DNA of 64,000 nt from Burkholderiales bacterium (GTDB lineage: Bacteria > Pseudomonadota > Gammaproteobacteria > Burkholderiales > SG8-39). The notes beneath the pieces were generated by a model. That model was given only the letters and a program-made list of their open reading frames with translations. It did no database searches and was not told where the DNA came from. Shown here in pieces: positions 10,175 to 19,937 of this stretch. The stretch is taken from the NCBI GenBank assembly GCA_035577785.1, contig DATLUZ010000019.1, positions 1,498 to 65,497 on the forward strand. The letters are read 5' to 3'. Positions within the stretch are counted from its first letter, which is position 1, and the number at the start of each line of letters is the position of its first letter. The position numbers and the translations under genes were made by a program.

Positions 10175-11091
10175 TGGAGCTGGCGTTCTTTTGCGTGGAC
10201 CAGGGCGGTGATCGCCTGGTTCACCGGCGCCGCGGCGCCGACATCGCGCCCGACGCGCGGAATCGAGCCGTTGATCACGTCGATCTCGCTCTTTCGGCCG
10301 GCCATCAGGTCGAGCAGGACCGAGGGGCGCGCGCCCGGGATTTTCGAGGCGAATTCGCGCGTGTAGGCGACCGGGTCGTCGAAGCCCAGTCGCACGCCTT
10401 TCTTGCGCGCAACGCTGAATGCCTCGGTGGCACAAGCGGCGGAGACGCCCGCCATGTCCGGATCGGCCATGACCTCACCCACCGTCTGGCCGGTGAGCGC
10501 GCACGGTCCGGACACGGAACAGTTGCAGATCAGCTTCTCCCACACCAGCTGGTCGATGTCGTCGAACACCTTGACGCGGAAGCCGGCGCTCTTCCAGGCC
10601 TCCTCGACTTTCTTCAGTCGCTCGGTAATCGGACCGCCGAACTCGCCCAGGCGCACAAGCTCCATGCCGTTGTGGTGCGCGTGGCCCGGCGCGCGCATCG
10701 AGGCGCCGAAGCCGCCGACCACACCCACCATTACGCGCTCTTTTCCGAGGACCGATGCTGCCGTTTCCGGTCCGCCGAGGCCGTTTTGGATCGAGAGGAC
10801 CGGGGTCTCGCCTTTCAGCAGAGGTTTCAGCGATTCTGCGGCTGCCGTGACGTGCATGGCTTTAGTAGCGAGAACCACCAGATCGCAAGCCCCGGCTTCG
10901 CGGGCATCGGTCGTGGCGTTCAGGCGCACCGTGCGGTCGCCGGAGGCGCCTTCCACCCGCAGTCCGCGCGAGCGCATCGCGTCCACGTGCTCTTTCCAGC
11001 GATCGATGGCCCACACCTCATGGCCGGCGGACGCGAAAAGCGCGGCGTACACGGAGCCCATGGCTCCCGTGCCTACGATGGCAATCTTCAT
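10162..11091 (-). CDS. 2-dehydropantoate 2-reductase family (PanE/ApbA) oxidoreductase
   Basis: N-terminal MKIAIVGTGAMGSVYA dinucleotide fold and family-typical length. 13-nt overlap with the next gene in the operon. Confidence 0.75.
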   Translation of the reverse strand: MKIAIVGTGAMGSVYAALFASAGHEVWAIDRWKEHVDAMRSRGLRVEGASGDRTVRLNATTDAREAGACDLVVLATKAMHVTAAAESLKPLLKGETPVLSIQNGLGGPETAASVLGKERVMVGVVGGFGASMRAPGHAHHNGMELVRLGEFGGPITERLKKVEEAWKSAGFRVKVFDDIDQLVWEKLICNCSVSGPCALTGQTVGEVMADPDMAGVSAACATEAFSVARKKGVRLGFDDPVAYTREFASKIPGARPSVLLDLMAGRKSEIDVINGSIPRVGRDVGAAAPVNQAITALVHAKERQLQCSS

Positions 11092-11103
11092 TCAGGGAAG
11101 ATC

Positions 11104-11126
11104 AAAACGTGGTCTGTCCCTGTTTT
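11104..11126. repeat. R1 repeat unit AAACGTGGTCTGTCCCTGTTTTT (single copy)
   Basis: Identical 23-mer occurs in reverse orientation at 24315-24337; the 18-nt core recurs at 24360-24377. The copy is intergenic, between the reductase start and the thiolase stop. Confidence 0.8.
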
Positions 11127-11128
11127 TC

Positions 11129-12307
11129 CTAAATGACTTCGAAGAGGCCCGCGGCGCCCATGCCGCCGCCGATGCACATGGTGACCACCACGAGCTTCGC
11201 CTTGCGGCGCTTGCCCTCGATGAGCGCGTGGCCGACCAGCCGCGCGCCGCTCATGCCGTAGGGATGGCCGAGCGCGATCGCGCCGCCGTTCACGTTGAGG
11301 CGCTCGTTCGGGATGCCGATGCGGTCGCGGCAGTAGATCACCTGCACCGCGAAGGCCTCGTTCAGCTCCCACAGGTCGATGTCGGCGACGCCCTTGCCGG
11401 CCTTCTCGAGGAGCTTCGGCACGGCGAACACCGGGCCGATGCCCATCTCGCGCGGGTCGCAGCCCGCCACCGCGAAGCCGCGGAAGACCCCGAGGGGCGT
11501 GAGTCCCCTGCGGCTCGCTTCCCGCTCGCTCATGACGACCGCGGCCGAGGCGCCGTCGGAGAACTGGCTCGCGTTGCCGGCGGCGATGCAGCCGCCCTCG
11601 ATCGCGGGCTTGATCTGCGACACGCCCTCGTAGGTGGTGTCGGGGCGGATGCCCTCGTCCTCGGACACGGTCACTTCGTGGATCGATTCCTTGCCGGTGT
11701 TCTTGTCCGCCACCTTCATCTTGGTGGTGATCGGCACAATCTCGTCCTTGAACTTGCCCGCGACGCGCGCCTTTGCCGCGCGGCTCTGGCTCTGCACGCC
11801 GAAGCGGTCCTGGTCCTCGCGCGTGATCTCGTGAGAGCGAGCCACGTACTCGGCGGTCTGCAGCATCGGCCAGTAGATCTCGCAATGGTGCCGGTGCAGC
11901 CATTCGTCCTGGAAGTGGTGCTTGTTCATCTCGTTCTGCACCAGCGAGATCGATTCCACGCCGCCCGCCACGAACACCTCGCCCTCGCCGGCGATGATGC
12001 GCTGCGCGGCGAGCGCGATGCTCTGCAGCCCCGAGGAGCAGAAGCGGTTCACCGTCATCCCCGGCACCGTGAGCGGGCAGCCGGCGCGAATGGCGATCTG
12101 CCGCGCGATGTTCCAGCCGGTGGCGCCCTCGGGGTTGGCGCAGCCCATGATCACGTCTTCGACCTCGTCGGCGTCGAGCTTCGCGCGGTTCAGCGCCGCG
12201 TGCACCACGTGCCCGCCCATCTTGGCGCCGTGGGTGTTGTTGAGCGCGCCACGCCAGCTCTTGCACAGTGGCGTGCGCGCCGTGGACACAATGACAGCTT
12301 CGGTCAT
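11129..12307 (-). CDS. acetyl-CoA C-acyltransferase (3-ketoacyl-CoA thiolase)
   Basis: Thiolase signatures [11 protein letters not shown] (active Cys), [17 protein letters not shown] and CIGGGMG. Confidence 0.9.
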   Translation of the reverse strand: MTEAVIVSTARTPLCKSWRGALNNTHGAKMGGHVVHAALNRAKLDADEVEDVIMGCANPEGATGWNIARQIAIRAGCPLTVPGMTVNRFCSSGLQSIALAAQRIIAGEGEVFVAGGVESISLVQNEMNKHHFQDEWLHRHHCEIYWPMLQTAEYVARSHEITREDQDRFGVQSQSRAAKARVAGKFKDEIVPITTKMKVADKNTGKESIHEVTVSEDEGIRPDTTYEGVSQIKPAIEGGCIAAGNASQFSDGASAAVVMSEREASRRGLTPLGVFRGFAVAGCDPREMGIGPVFAVPKLLEKAGKGVADIDLWELNEAFAVQVIYCRDRIGIPNERLNVNGGAIALGHPYGMSGARLVGHALIEGKRRKAKLVVVTMCIGGGMGAAGLFEVI

Positions 12308-12322
12308 CTCCTGTACCTCCTC

Positions 12323-14416
<2,094 letters not shown>

Positions 14417-14438
14417 CTCCCCCTAGCATAATCCAACC

Positions 14439-14459
14439 GGGACGATCCGGGCTCGTCCC
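14439..14459 (-). terminator. possible hairpin terminator downstream of the small lipoprotein gene
   Basis: GGGACGA-N7-TCGTCCC, a 7-bp stem. The tail on the minus strand (GGTTGGATTAT) is only moderately T-rich. Confidence 0.3.
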
Positions 14460-14517
14460 GGTACGCGCGCCGCAAGCCGTCTACTGAATCCCCGGAACGG
14501 CCAGGCCCGCCCCCTGC

Positions 14518-14721
14518 TCAGAACGCGTCCGGCTGTTCTTCGATGCGGGTCGCCTGATTGATGTGCTGCGCCGGGACGTAGAAGTTTTCGAGGGCCGGCG
14601 TGGGCGTTTGGACGACGGGAAGCGAGGCGTCCGACTGGTATGGCCGCGGCGAGCACGCCGTGACGGAGAGGATGCCCAGGACCAGAATCGCTGCGGGGAT
14701 GGCCAGTTTGATGTTGCGCAT
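14518..14721 (-). CDS. 67-aa lipoprotein with conserved C-terminal tail (tail protein 1)
   Basis: AGGAGA Shine-Dalgarno sequence 7 nt upstream. Signal peptide plus lipobox (ILSVTAC). The tail LENFYVPAQHINQATRIEEQPDAF is repeated in the protein at 20241-20765. Confidence 0.7.
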   Translation of the reverse strand: MRNIKLAIPAAILVLGILSVTACSPRPYQSDASLPVVQTPTPALENFYVPAQHINQATRIEEQPDAF

Positions 14722-14811
14722 GTCGGTCTCCTGTTTTGTGGGTTCGGGTTAACGCGAGGCCAGTATCGCGACCTCTCCCGACGCGATCAGCGCCGCGTTA
14801 CACTGGCTTTT

Positions 14812-14826
14812 TGTGCCGTAATCACA
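14812..14826. promoter_or_regulatory. CRP-type palindrome A: TGTGC-CGTAA-TCACA (extended arms TTTTGTG-N7-CACAAAA, 14809-14829)
   Basis: Lies in the divergent region between tail protein 1 and CRP paralog 1. Same 15-bp architecture as the sites at 15489, 19923 and 20846. Confidence 0.6.
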
Positions 14827-14843
14827 AAATCGCGTCCTGACGC

Positions 14844-15485
14844 ATGCCTCCGGACCAGGCTCCGTTCGCGCATCTCGACGAGCAGGCACTGCGCGGCCTT
14901 GCCCCGGGGGGCGCGGTCAGGTCGTACCCGCGCAACGTCGTGGTGGTGAGCGAAGGCGACCCGACCGACTCGCTGTACGTGGTGTTGTCGGGACGGGTGA
15001 AGGTCTTCGTCGCCGACGAGAACGGCAGGGAGCTCGTCGTCAATACCATCGGCACGGGCGACTACTTCGGCGAGCTGGTGCTGGACGGCCAGGCGCGCGC
15101 GGCTTCCGTCATGACGCTCGAGGCGTCGCGTTTTTTCGTGATTCCGCAGCGCGACGCCGACGCGCTGCTCTCCGGCAACCCTCAGTTCGCGCGGCACCTG
15201 GTGCGCAAGCTCATCGGCAAGGTGCGCTCTCTCACCGAGCAGGTGCGCAACCTCGCGCTGAGGGACGTCTATGCCCGCTTGGTGCGCTTCCTCGAGGAGC
15301 AGGCCGTGGAGGACGGCGGCAGGCGCATTGTGCGCGAGCGCCTCACGCAGGCCGACATCGCTGCGCGGATCGGCGGCTCGCGGGAAATGGTGAGCCGCAT
15401 CCTGAGCGACCTTTCCGCGGGCGGTTACATCCGCGTCGAGGCCAAGCAGATCGTGCTGCTGCGCAAGCTGCCGGCGCACTGGTGA
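14844..15485 (+). CDS. Crp/Fnr-family cyclic-nucleotide-binding transcription factor (CRP paralog 1)
   Basis: cNMP beta-roll (GDYFGELVLDGQARAASV) and C-terminal HTH with CRP-type recognition helix GGSREMVSRIL. No FNR Cys cluster. Confidence 0.85.
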   Translation: MPPDQAPFAHLDEQALRGLAPGGAVRSYPRNVVVVSEGDPTDSLYVVLSGRVKVFVADENGRELVVNTIGTGDYFGELVLDGQARAASVMTLEASRFFVIPQRDADALLSGNPQFARHLVRKLIGKVRSLTEQVRNLALRDVYARLVRFLEEQAVEDGGRRIVRERLTQADIAARIGGSREMVSRILSDLSAGGYIRVEAKQIVLLRKLPAHW

Positions 15486-15488
15486 CGG

Positions 15489-15503
15489 TGTGCATGCGTC
15501 ACA
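15489..15503. promoter_or_regulatory. CRP-type palindrome B: TGTGC-ATGCG-TCACA
   Basis: Starts 4 nt after the CRP1 stop, within a block of about 50 nt conserved with 19921-19970. TAGGGT lies 52 nt downstream of the site centre. The micro-ORF ATG is 89 nt downstream. Confidence 0.6.
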
Positions 15504-15584
15504 GAACTGGCGTGCCGCAGGGCGTCGAGGCCGCGCGCGCCGAGGGCTAGGGTAGCTCCGTCAACTGAACGGAGGAGGTGGCGG

Positions 15585-15770
15585 ATGGATACCCTGGTCG
15601 ATGCGCTCACAATAGCAATGGCGCTTCTGTGCGTGGTCTTTATCGGGTACGGCGCCTGGCTATGCCTGCCGCCGCTTCAGCGTAAGCGGCCCGCCGAGGC
15701 GTCTGCACCCACCTCCGTCAGGAAGCGCGTCCGGTCCATATCGGAGAGGCTTTCGGCAAGCAGCAGGTAG
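15585..15770 (+). CDS. 61-aa single-TM micro-protein (TM unit 1)
   Basis: GGAGGAGG Shine-Dalgarno sequence before the ATG. MDTLVDALTIAMALLCVVFIGYGAWLCL is paralogous to 20035-20166 and to an internal helix of 20241-20765. The 3' 94 nt run antisense into the kinase gene. Confidence 0.5.
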   Translation: MDTLVDALTIAMALLCVVFIGYGAWLCLPPLQRKRPAEASAPTSVRKRVRSISERLSASSR

Positions 15771-17116
15771 AACCGCTCCGACGAGGTCGTCTGGGCGGCC
15801 GCCTTCTTGACCAGGATCTTGGCGATCGGCCCGATGTACGTGGCAAGCCGGCGCTGCGCCGCCTCGATCCGCTCCGCGGTGAGCGCGGCGTCGGTCGGGA
15901 TGCCGGGACGCGGGCCGGTGCCGGAGGCGCGCGGGCCGGTGCCTGACGCGGCGCGCGGCGCGCCGCTGAGCGCGCCGCGCGTCGCCATGAACGCCTTGCG
16001 CTGCTCCTCCGTGTCGAGCTCGCGCGCCATCGTGGCGTAAAGCTCGTCGACGTCGAGCGTACGCCGGCCCGCGCGGCGGACCATCACCTTCGCGACCGGC
16101 CCGACAAAGCGCGCGAGCTGGGTTTCGATCTGCTTGAGGAGCGCGGGGTCCCAGCCCGGCGGCGGCGCGGTGCTGCGTCCCGCGGTCGGCGTGGCGGGGT
16201 TGGAGCCGCTGCCTGGATTGGTGGGCTCGATCTTCGCGGCACGCGGAGCCTCGGAAATGATGGTTTCCTCGGAGAGCGTCGCGCTGACGGGCGCAGCGTG
16301 CGCGTCGAGCAGCGCGCCGAGGAACGCGTTCGCGCTCTCGAAGCGTTCGACCGGCTTCTTGGCGATGGCGCGGGCGATGACGGCGTCGTAGGCGGGCGGG
16401 ACCGGTGGATCGCGGCGCACCTGCGAAGGGGGCAGCGGATTGTCGTGGCAGACCTTGTACGCGGCGGCCTCCACCGAGCCGGCGAAGGGCTTGACGCCGG
16501 TGAGCAGCTCGTACATCACGACGCCGGCGGAGAAGACGTCGGCGCGCCAGTCGATCGTCCCGCCGGTGTAGTGCTCCGGCGCCATGTAGCCCGGCGTGCC
16601 GATGACGAAGCCGGTCTGGGTGAGGTTCGACGAGTCGATCCGCGCGATGCCGAAGTCCGCGATCTTGAGCTTGCCGTTGCGCATCACGATGAGGTTGGCG
16701 GGCTTGATGTCGCGGTGCCAGACGCCCTGCTCGTGCGCGTAGCTGAGCGCTTCGAGAAGCTGGGTCATCGTCGACACGGCGTCGCTCTCCCCGAAGCGCG
16801 TGCCGCGGGCGAAGTATTCGCGCAGGCTGTTGCCCTGGATGAACTCCATCGCAATGTAGGCGAGCCCGTTCTCCTCGCCGTATTCGTGGACCCCGACGAT
16901 GCCTGGGTGCGTGAGGCGCCCGGCCGCCTGCGCCTCGTTCCTGAAGCGCGCGAGCAGGGCCTGGGTGGTGTCCTCCTCGGTCCCGTCCAGGCGGATGGTC
17001 TTGATCGCGACGGTGCGGCGGATGTTGGGGTCGAAGGCCTTGTAGACGACGCCCATGGCGCCGCGGCCGACCACCTCGGTGATCTGGTACTTGCCGATCC
17101 GTTCGATCTGCGCCAT
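15677..17116 (-). CDS. Hanks-type Ser/Thr protein kinase, no TM segment, two tandem C-terminal repeats
   Basis: GRGAMGVVYKA, VAIK, HRDIKPANL, DFGIA and GTPGYMAPE. After a Pro-rich linker there are two units of about 55 aa sharing LAxx[VI]GP[VI]AK[VI][ML]V[RK][RK]A. Confidence 0.9.
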   Translation of the reverse strand: MAQIERIGKYQITEVVGRGAMGVVYKAFDPNIRRTVAIKTIRLDGTEEDTTQALLARFRNEAQAAGRLTHPGIVGVHEYGEENGLAYIAMEFIQGNSLREYFARGTRFGESDAVSTMTQLLEALSYAHEQGVWHRDIKPANLIVMRNGKLKIADFGIARIDSSNLTQTGFVIGTPGYMAPEHYTGGTIDWRADVFSAGVVMYELLTGVKPFAGSVEAAAYKVCHDNPLPPSQVRRDPPVPPAYDAVIARAIAKKPVERFESANAFLGALLDAHAAPVSATLSEETIISEAPRAAKIEPTNPGSGSNPATPTAGRSTAPPPGWDPALLKQIETQLARFVGPVAKVMVRRAGRRTLDVDELYATMARELDTEEQRKAFMATRGALSGAPRAASGTGPRASGTGPRPGIPTDAALTAERIEAAQRRLATYIGPIAKILVKKAAAQTTSSERFYLLLAESLSDMDRTRFLTEVGADASAGRLR

Positions 17117-17123
17117 CCGCGGG

Positions 17124-18023
17124 CTACTCTTCGAGCATCTTCATCGCCTGAGCGACGCTTTTCTTCATGCGGTTGAAGGAGTCGGCGAGCGTGCGGATCT
17201 CGTCCCGGGAGCGCAGATGGAAGTCGGGGACGTCCATGTTGCCCATGCTGACCTGGTCGGCGAGCTTCGCCAGCCGGGACACCGGCATGATGACCATCGA
17301 AAGGAGCATCGCATTGAGGACAATGCCGACGAAGAGGAAGACGCCGGCGAGCGACAGCATGAACGTGCGGAAGACGGTGCGTGCGCGCTGCGTCGGAACT
17401 TCGGTCGGCACCGACACCACCTGCGCACCGATGATTTCGTTCATCTTCCAGCCGAAGCCGTTCGCCGGCCCGTACCGGTCGATCAGCGTCTTCGGCGCGG
17501 CGTCGACGGTGCTGTGGCAGGTCAGGCAGGCGCCGTCGCGTATCTGGATCGGCCTGGCAATGTACAGCAGGCGCCCGGCGGGGGTGTCGCGCTCGCCGAT
17601 GATCTCGGTGCTCTCGGCATTGTTGCGAAACTGGTTGACCACGTCGGTCTCCCAGTCCACCGCGCGGTTGCGCGGATTCGTCGGGTTGAGCGTCGCCTCC
17701 TTGTAGGCGTACTCCGGAAACTTCTTGCGCAGGCCGTTGAAGACTTCGGCGGCGGAGTAGGCAGGCACCGACTGCGGCAGGAAGCCGTATTTCATCTGGG
17801 TCTGGAGCAGGGGGCCGACCTGGCTCGACGTGTAGCTGCGCGTGGCGAGCGCCGCTTCCATGATCAGCCGCGCGCTGTGCTGCATTTCCTCGCGTGCGTT
17901 TTGCTGCAGTAATGCTTCCGCCACGTAGGCCGCGATGCCTAGGCCGAGCAGGAAGACGGCGACGAACACCAGATTGAACTTGACGATCAGTCTCATTTGA
18001 GCTCCAACGTTGCGCTCATTCAT
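17124..18023 (-). CDS. membrane sensor: periplasmic DUF3365 (Tll0287-like, CxxCH heme-c) domain + HAMP, no output domain
   Basis: TM1, then a periplasmic domain of about 190 aa with ACLTCH, then TM2, then HAMP (PVSRLAKLADQVSMGN...IRTLADSFNRM), then the stop. It ends 7 nt before the kinase start. An alternative start exists at 17996. Confidence 0.75.
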   Translation of the reverse strand: MNERNVGAQMRLIVKFNLVFVAVFLLGLGIAAYVAEALLQQNAREEMQHSARLIMEAALATRSYTSSQVGPLLQTQMKYGFLPQSVPAYSAAEVFNGLRKKFPEYAYKEATLNPTNPRNRAVDWETDVVNQFRNNAESTEIIGERDTPAGRLLYIARPIQIRDGACLTCHSTVDAAPKTLIDRYGPANGFGWKMNEIIGAQVVSVPTEVPTQRARTVFRTFMLSLAGVFLFVGIVLNAMLLSMVIMPVSRLAKLADQVSMGNMDVPDFHLRSRDEIRTLADSFNRMKKSVAQAMKMLEE

Positions 18024-18948
18024 TCGGCCTTGCGGGCGTCGCCTCGGCTGCAGTCGGCGGTGCTTTTGCCGCGTCCACCAAGGGCGGGGGCTTGGGCAGG
18101 TGCTTCTCCGGGAAGAGGATCGGGTCCCATTCGGGATGGAACCGCAGGTTGGCGATAAGCGCCTTGCGAAACTCGGGGTCCTGCGCCCGGGCGCGCATGC
18201 GCTGCATCAGCGGGCGACGCAGCTCCGGCGGGCCTTTCAGCCAAGGCTCGACCTCCTCGTAGGTGAGGTCTCCGAGCCGACGCGGCGACACGTCCCGGTC
18301 CTTGAACGCGGCCAGCCGCTCGGGCAGGTTGTCGCGGTAGTAAGGTGGCATGGCCGCAACAAAGGCCGGCGCCGGACGCGGCTGGAGGACGCCCCTCTGG
18401 TCGGCCCGGCGCATATAAAACTGGCCCGCGCCGACCGCGACCGGACTGGCCGGAGTCGCCCGAACGAAGCCCTCGGCGAGCCGCAGGGCGCCGCTCTCGA
18501 CGAACAGGCTGGCTTCAGCGCTCTCGACGTGCAGCACGAGCACCCCGTCGGCGCTGCCGAAGCCGAAGAGCGGCGTGGTGACGCGCAGCGGCGCCGCCTT
18601 CGGGGCGAGAGCGAGCTTGGTCCAGCCCTGCAGCAGGTAAAAGTCCGAGACCGCCGCCGCCTTGGCGCCTCGGCCGGTGGCGCCGGCGAGCGCGGCCACG
18701 TGGAACCGACTCCGCGGCCCGAGGCTCACCCGCGCGCCATCGGCGAACGCGATCTGAACCAGCCCCTTGTCCGGCACCTCGACGATGTCGCCGACGTGCA
18801 TGCGCACGCCTTCGGCCAAAGCGAACCGGCCGGTAGCGCGCAGCAGAGCGGCGGGCCCCTCCACCAGCGTGACAACCGGTGGCGCTTCGGCGCCCATCGC
18901 GAGCATAGGAACCACCAGGCAAGCCGCCGCAAATGCCCCCGCAAGCAT
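18016..18948 (-). CDS. periplasmic FecR-domain protein
   Basis: Start at MLAGAF (18948) gives a signal peptide; the ORF extends to 19005. FecR-like pattern VTLVEGPAALLRATGRFALAEGVRMHVGDIVEVPDKGLVQIAFADGARVSL. 8-nt overlap with the next gene. Confidence 0.7.
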   Translation of the reverse strand: MLAGAFAAACLVVPMLAMGAEAPPVVTLVEGPAALLRATGRFALAEGVRMHVGDIVEVPDKGLVQIAFADGARVSLGPRSRFHVAALAGATGRGAKAAAVSDFYLLQGWTKLALAPKAAPLRVTTPLFGFGSADGVLVLHVESAEASLFVESGALRLAEGFVRATPASPVAVGAGQFYMRRADQRGVLQPRPAPAFVAAMPPYYRDNLPERLAAFKDRDVSPRRLGDLTYEEVEPWLKGPPELRRPLMQRMRARAQDPEFRKALIANLRFHPEWDPILFPEKHLPKPPPLVDAAKAPPTAAEATPARPNE

Positions 18949-19022
18949 TGAGCTCGGCGCCCTTTCTAGAATTCCGGGCGATACTATTCCGCGCGATCCA
19001 TTCACGTCAATTTGTCAGCGCC

Positions 19023-19904
19023 ATGTCAGAGCCGTTTTCCTGCGCGGTACTGTTTGCCGATATCAGCGGTAGCACTCGGCTGTACGAGGAGCTCGGAGAC
19101 GCCCAGGCGCTCTCCCGGATCGACCGCTGCCTGCGCCTTCTGCGCGATGCCGCCTTGGAATTCGACGGACGCGTAGTTAAGACGACGGGTGATGGCGTCA
19201 TGTGCTCCTTCGAGCAGGCAGAGTCCGCGCTGCAGGCGGCGCGGTTCATGCAGACGCGGCTGGCCGAGCAGGCGGCGCTCGGCGGCCCGTCCCTCGCCAT
19301 CCACGTTGGCTGCCATTACGGATCGGTGCTCGAGAACGGCGGCGACCTCTACGGCGACTGTGTGAACGTCGCCGTGCGCGTGGTCGGCCTGGCCAAGCCG
19401 GGTCAGGTCATAGCGACCCAGGAGGTGGTCGGCAGGATCGGCGAGAGCCTGCGAGGCAGGGTCCGCGTGCTCGACCACGTGGCCCTGAAGGGAAAGCGCG
19501 AGCCGCTGCAGATCTACGAGCTTTCGTGGCAGGATTCCGAGGAGCTGACCACCGTGGGTACCCGCCTGCAGGAGGCGCCGTCCCGCCTCAAGCTGGTGTT
19601 CGGAAGCCGGGAGATGTGGTTCGACGCGGCCGGGGGGAACGACCTCAGGCTTGGGCGCGACGCGGCGTGCGACATCGTGATCGTGGACCGCCGGGTGTCG
19701 CGGCAGCATGCCCGCATCGAGAAGCGCCGCGACAAGTTCATGCTCATCGACCAGAGCGCTAACGGAACCTACGTTGCCGTGAACGGGGAGTCCGAGATCT
19801 GCCTGCGGCGCGAAGAGCTGGTTCTGCGCGCGAGCGGACGCATCTGCATCGGCCACCGCACCGGCGACGCCGACGCTATCGTGGTGGAGTTCTATTGCCT
19901 GTAA
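19023..19904 (+). CDS. class III adenylate/guanylate cyclase fused to a C-terminal FHA domain
   Basis: Cyclase motifs: VLFADISGST and VKTTGDG (metal Asp residues, Lys), GDLYGDCVNVAVR (Asp, Asn, Arg). FHA motifs: LRLGRD...VSRQHARI...IDQSANGTYVNG-type. Confidence 0.85.
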   Translation: MSEPFSCAVLFADISGSTRLYEELGDAQALSRIDRCLRLLRDAALEFDGRVVKTTGDGVMCSFEQAESALQAARFMQTRLAEQAALGGPSLAIHVGCHYGSVLENGGDLYGDCVNVAVRVVGLAKPGQVIATQEVVGRIGESLRGRVRVLDHVALKGKREPLQIYELSWQDSEELTTVGTRLQEAPSRLKLVFGSREMWFDAAGGNDLRLGRDAACDIVIVDRRVSRQHARIEKRRDKFMLIDQSANGTYVAVNGESEICLRREELVLRASGRICIGHRTGDADAIVVEFYCL

Positions 19905-19922
19905 TACGCGCACCTGCCGGGG

Positions 19923-19937
19923 TGTGCATACGGCACA
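19923..19937. promoter_or_regulatory. CRP-type palindrome C: TGTGC-ATACG-GCACA
   Basis: Perfect 5-bp arms, 19 nt after the cyclase stop. TAAAGT lies 52 nt downstream of the centre, the same spacing as at site B. Confidence 0.6.

Noticed and set aside
15504-15530. Possible sigma-54 (TGGCAC-N5-TTGC) promoter in the conserved leader after palindromes B and C
   Set aside because: Neither CTGGCGTGCCGCAGGGC nor CGGCACAGAACCGCAGTGCC satisfies the GG-N10-GC spacing of the -24/-12 elements. A TAnnnT -10-like hexamer at conserved spacing is a simpler explanation.
18965-18974. TCTAGAATTC (overlapping XbaI and EcoRI sites, 8-bp palindrome TTCTAGAA) in the FecR/cyclase divergent promoter, which could look like a cloning scar
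   Set aside because: It does not match any standard vector or BioBrick junction that I know. It sits in a naturally AT-richer 74-nt promoter region. It may be a small operator, but a single short palindrome is not enough evidence.
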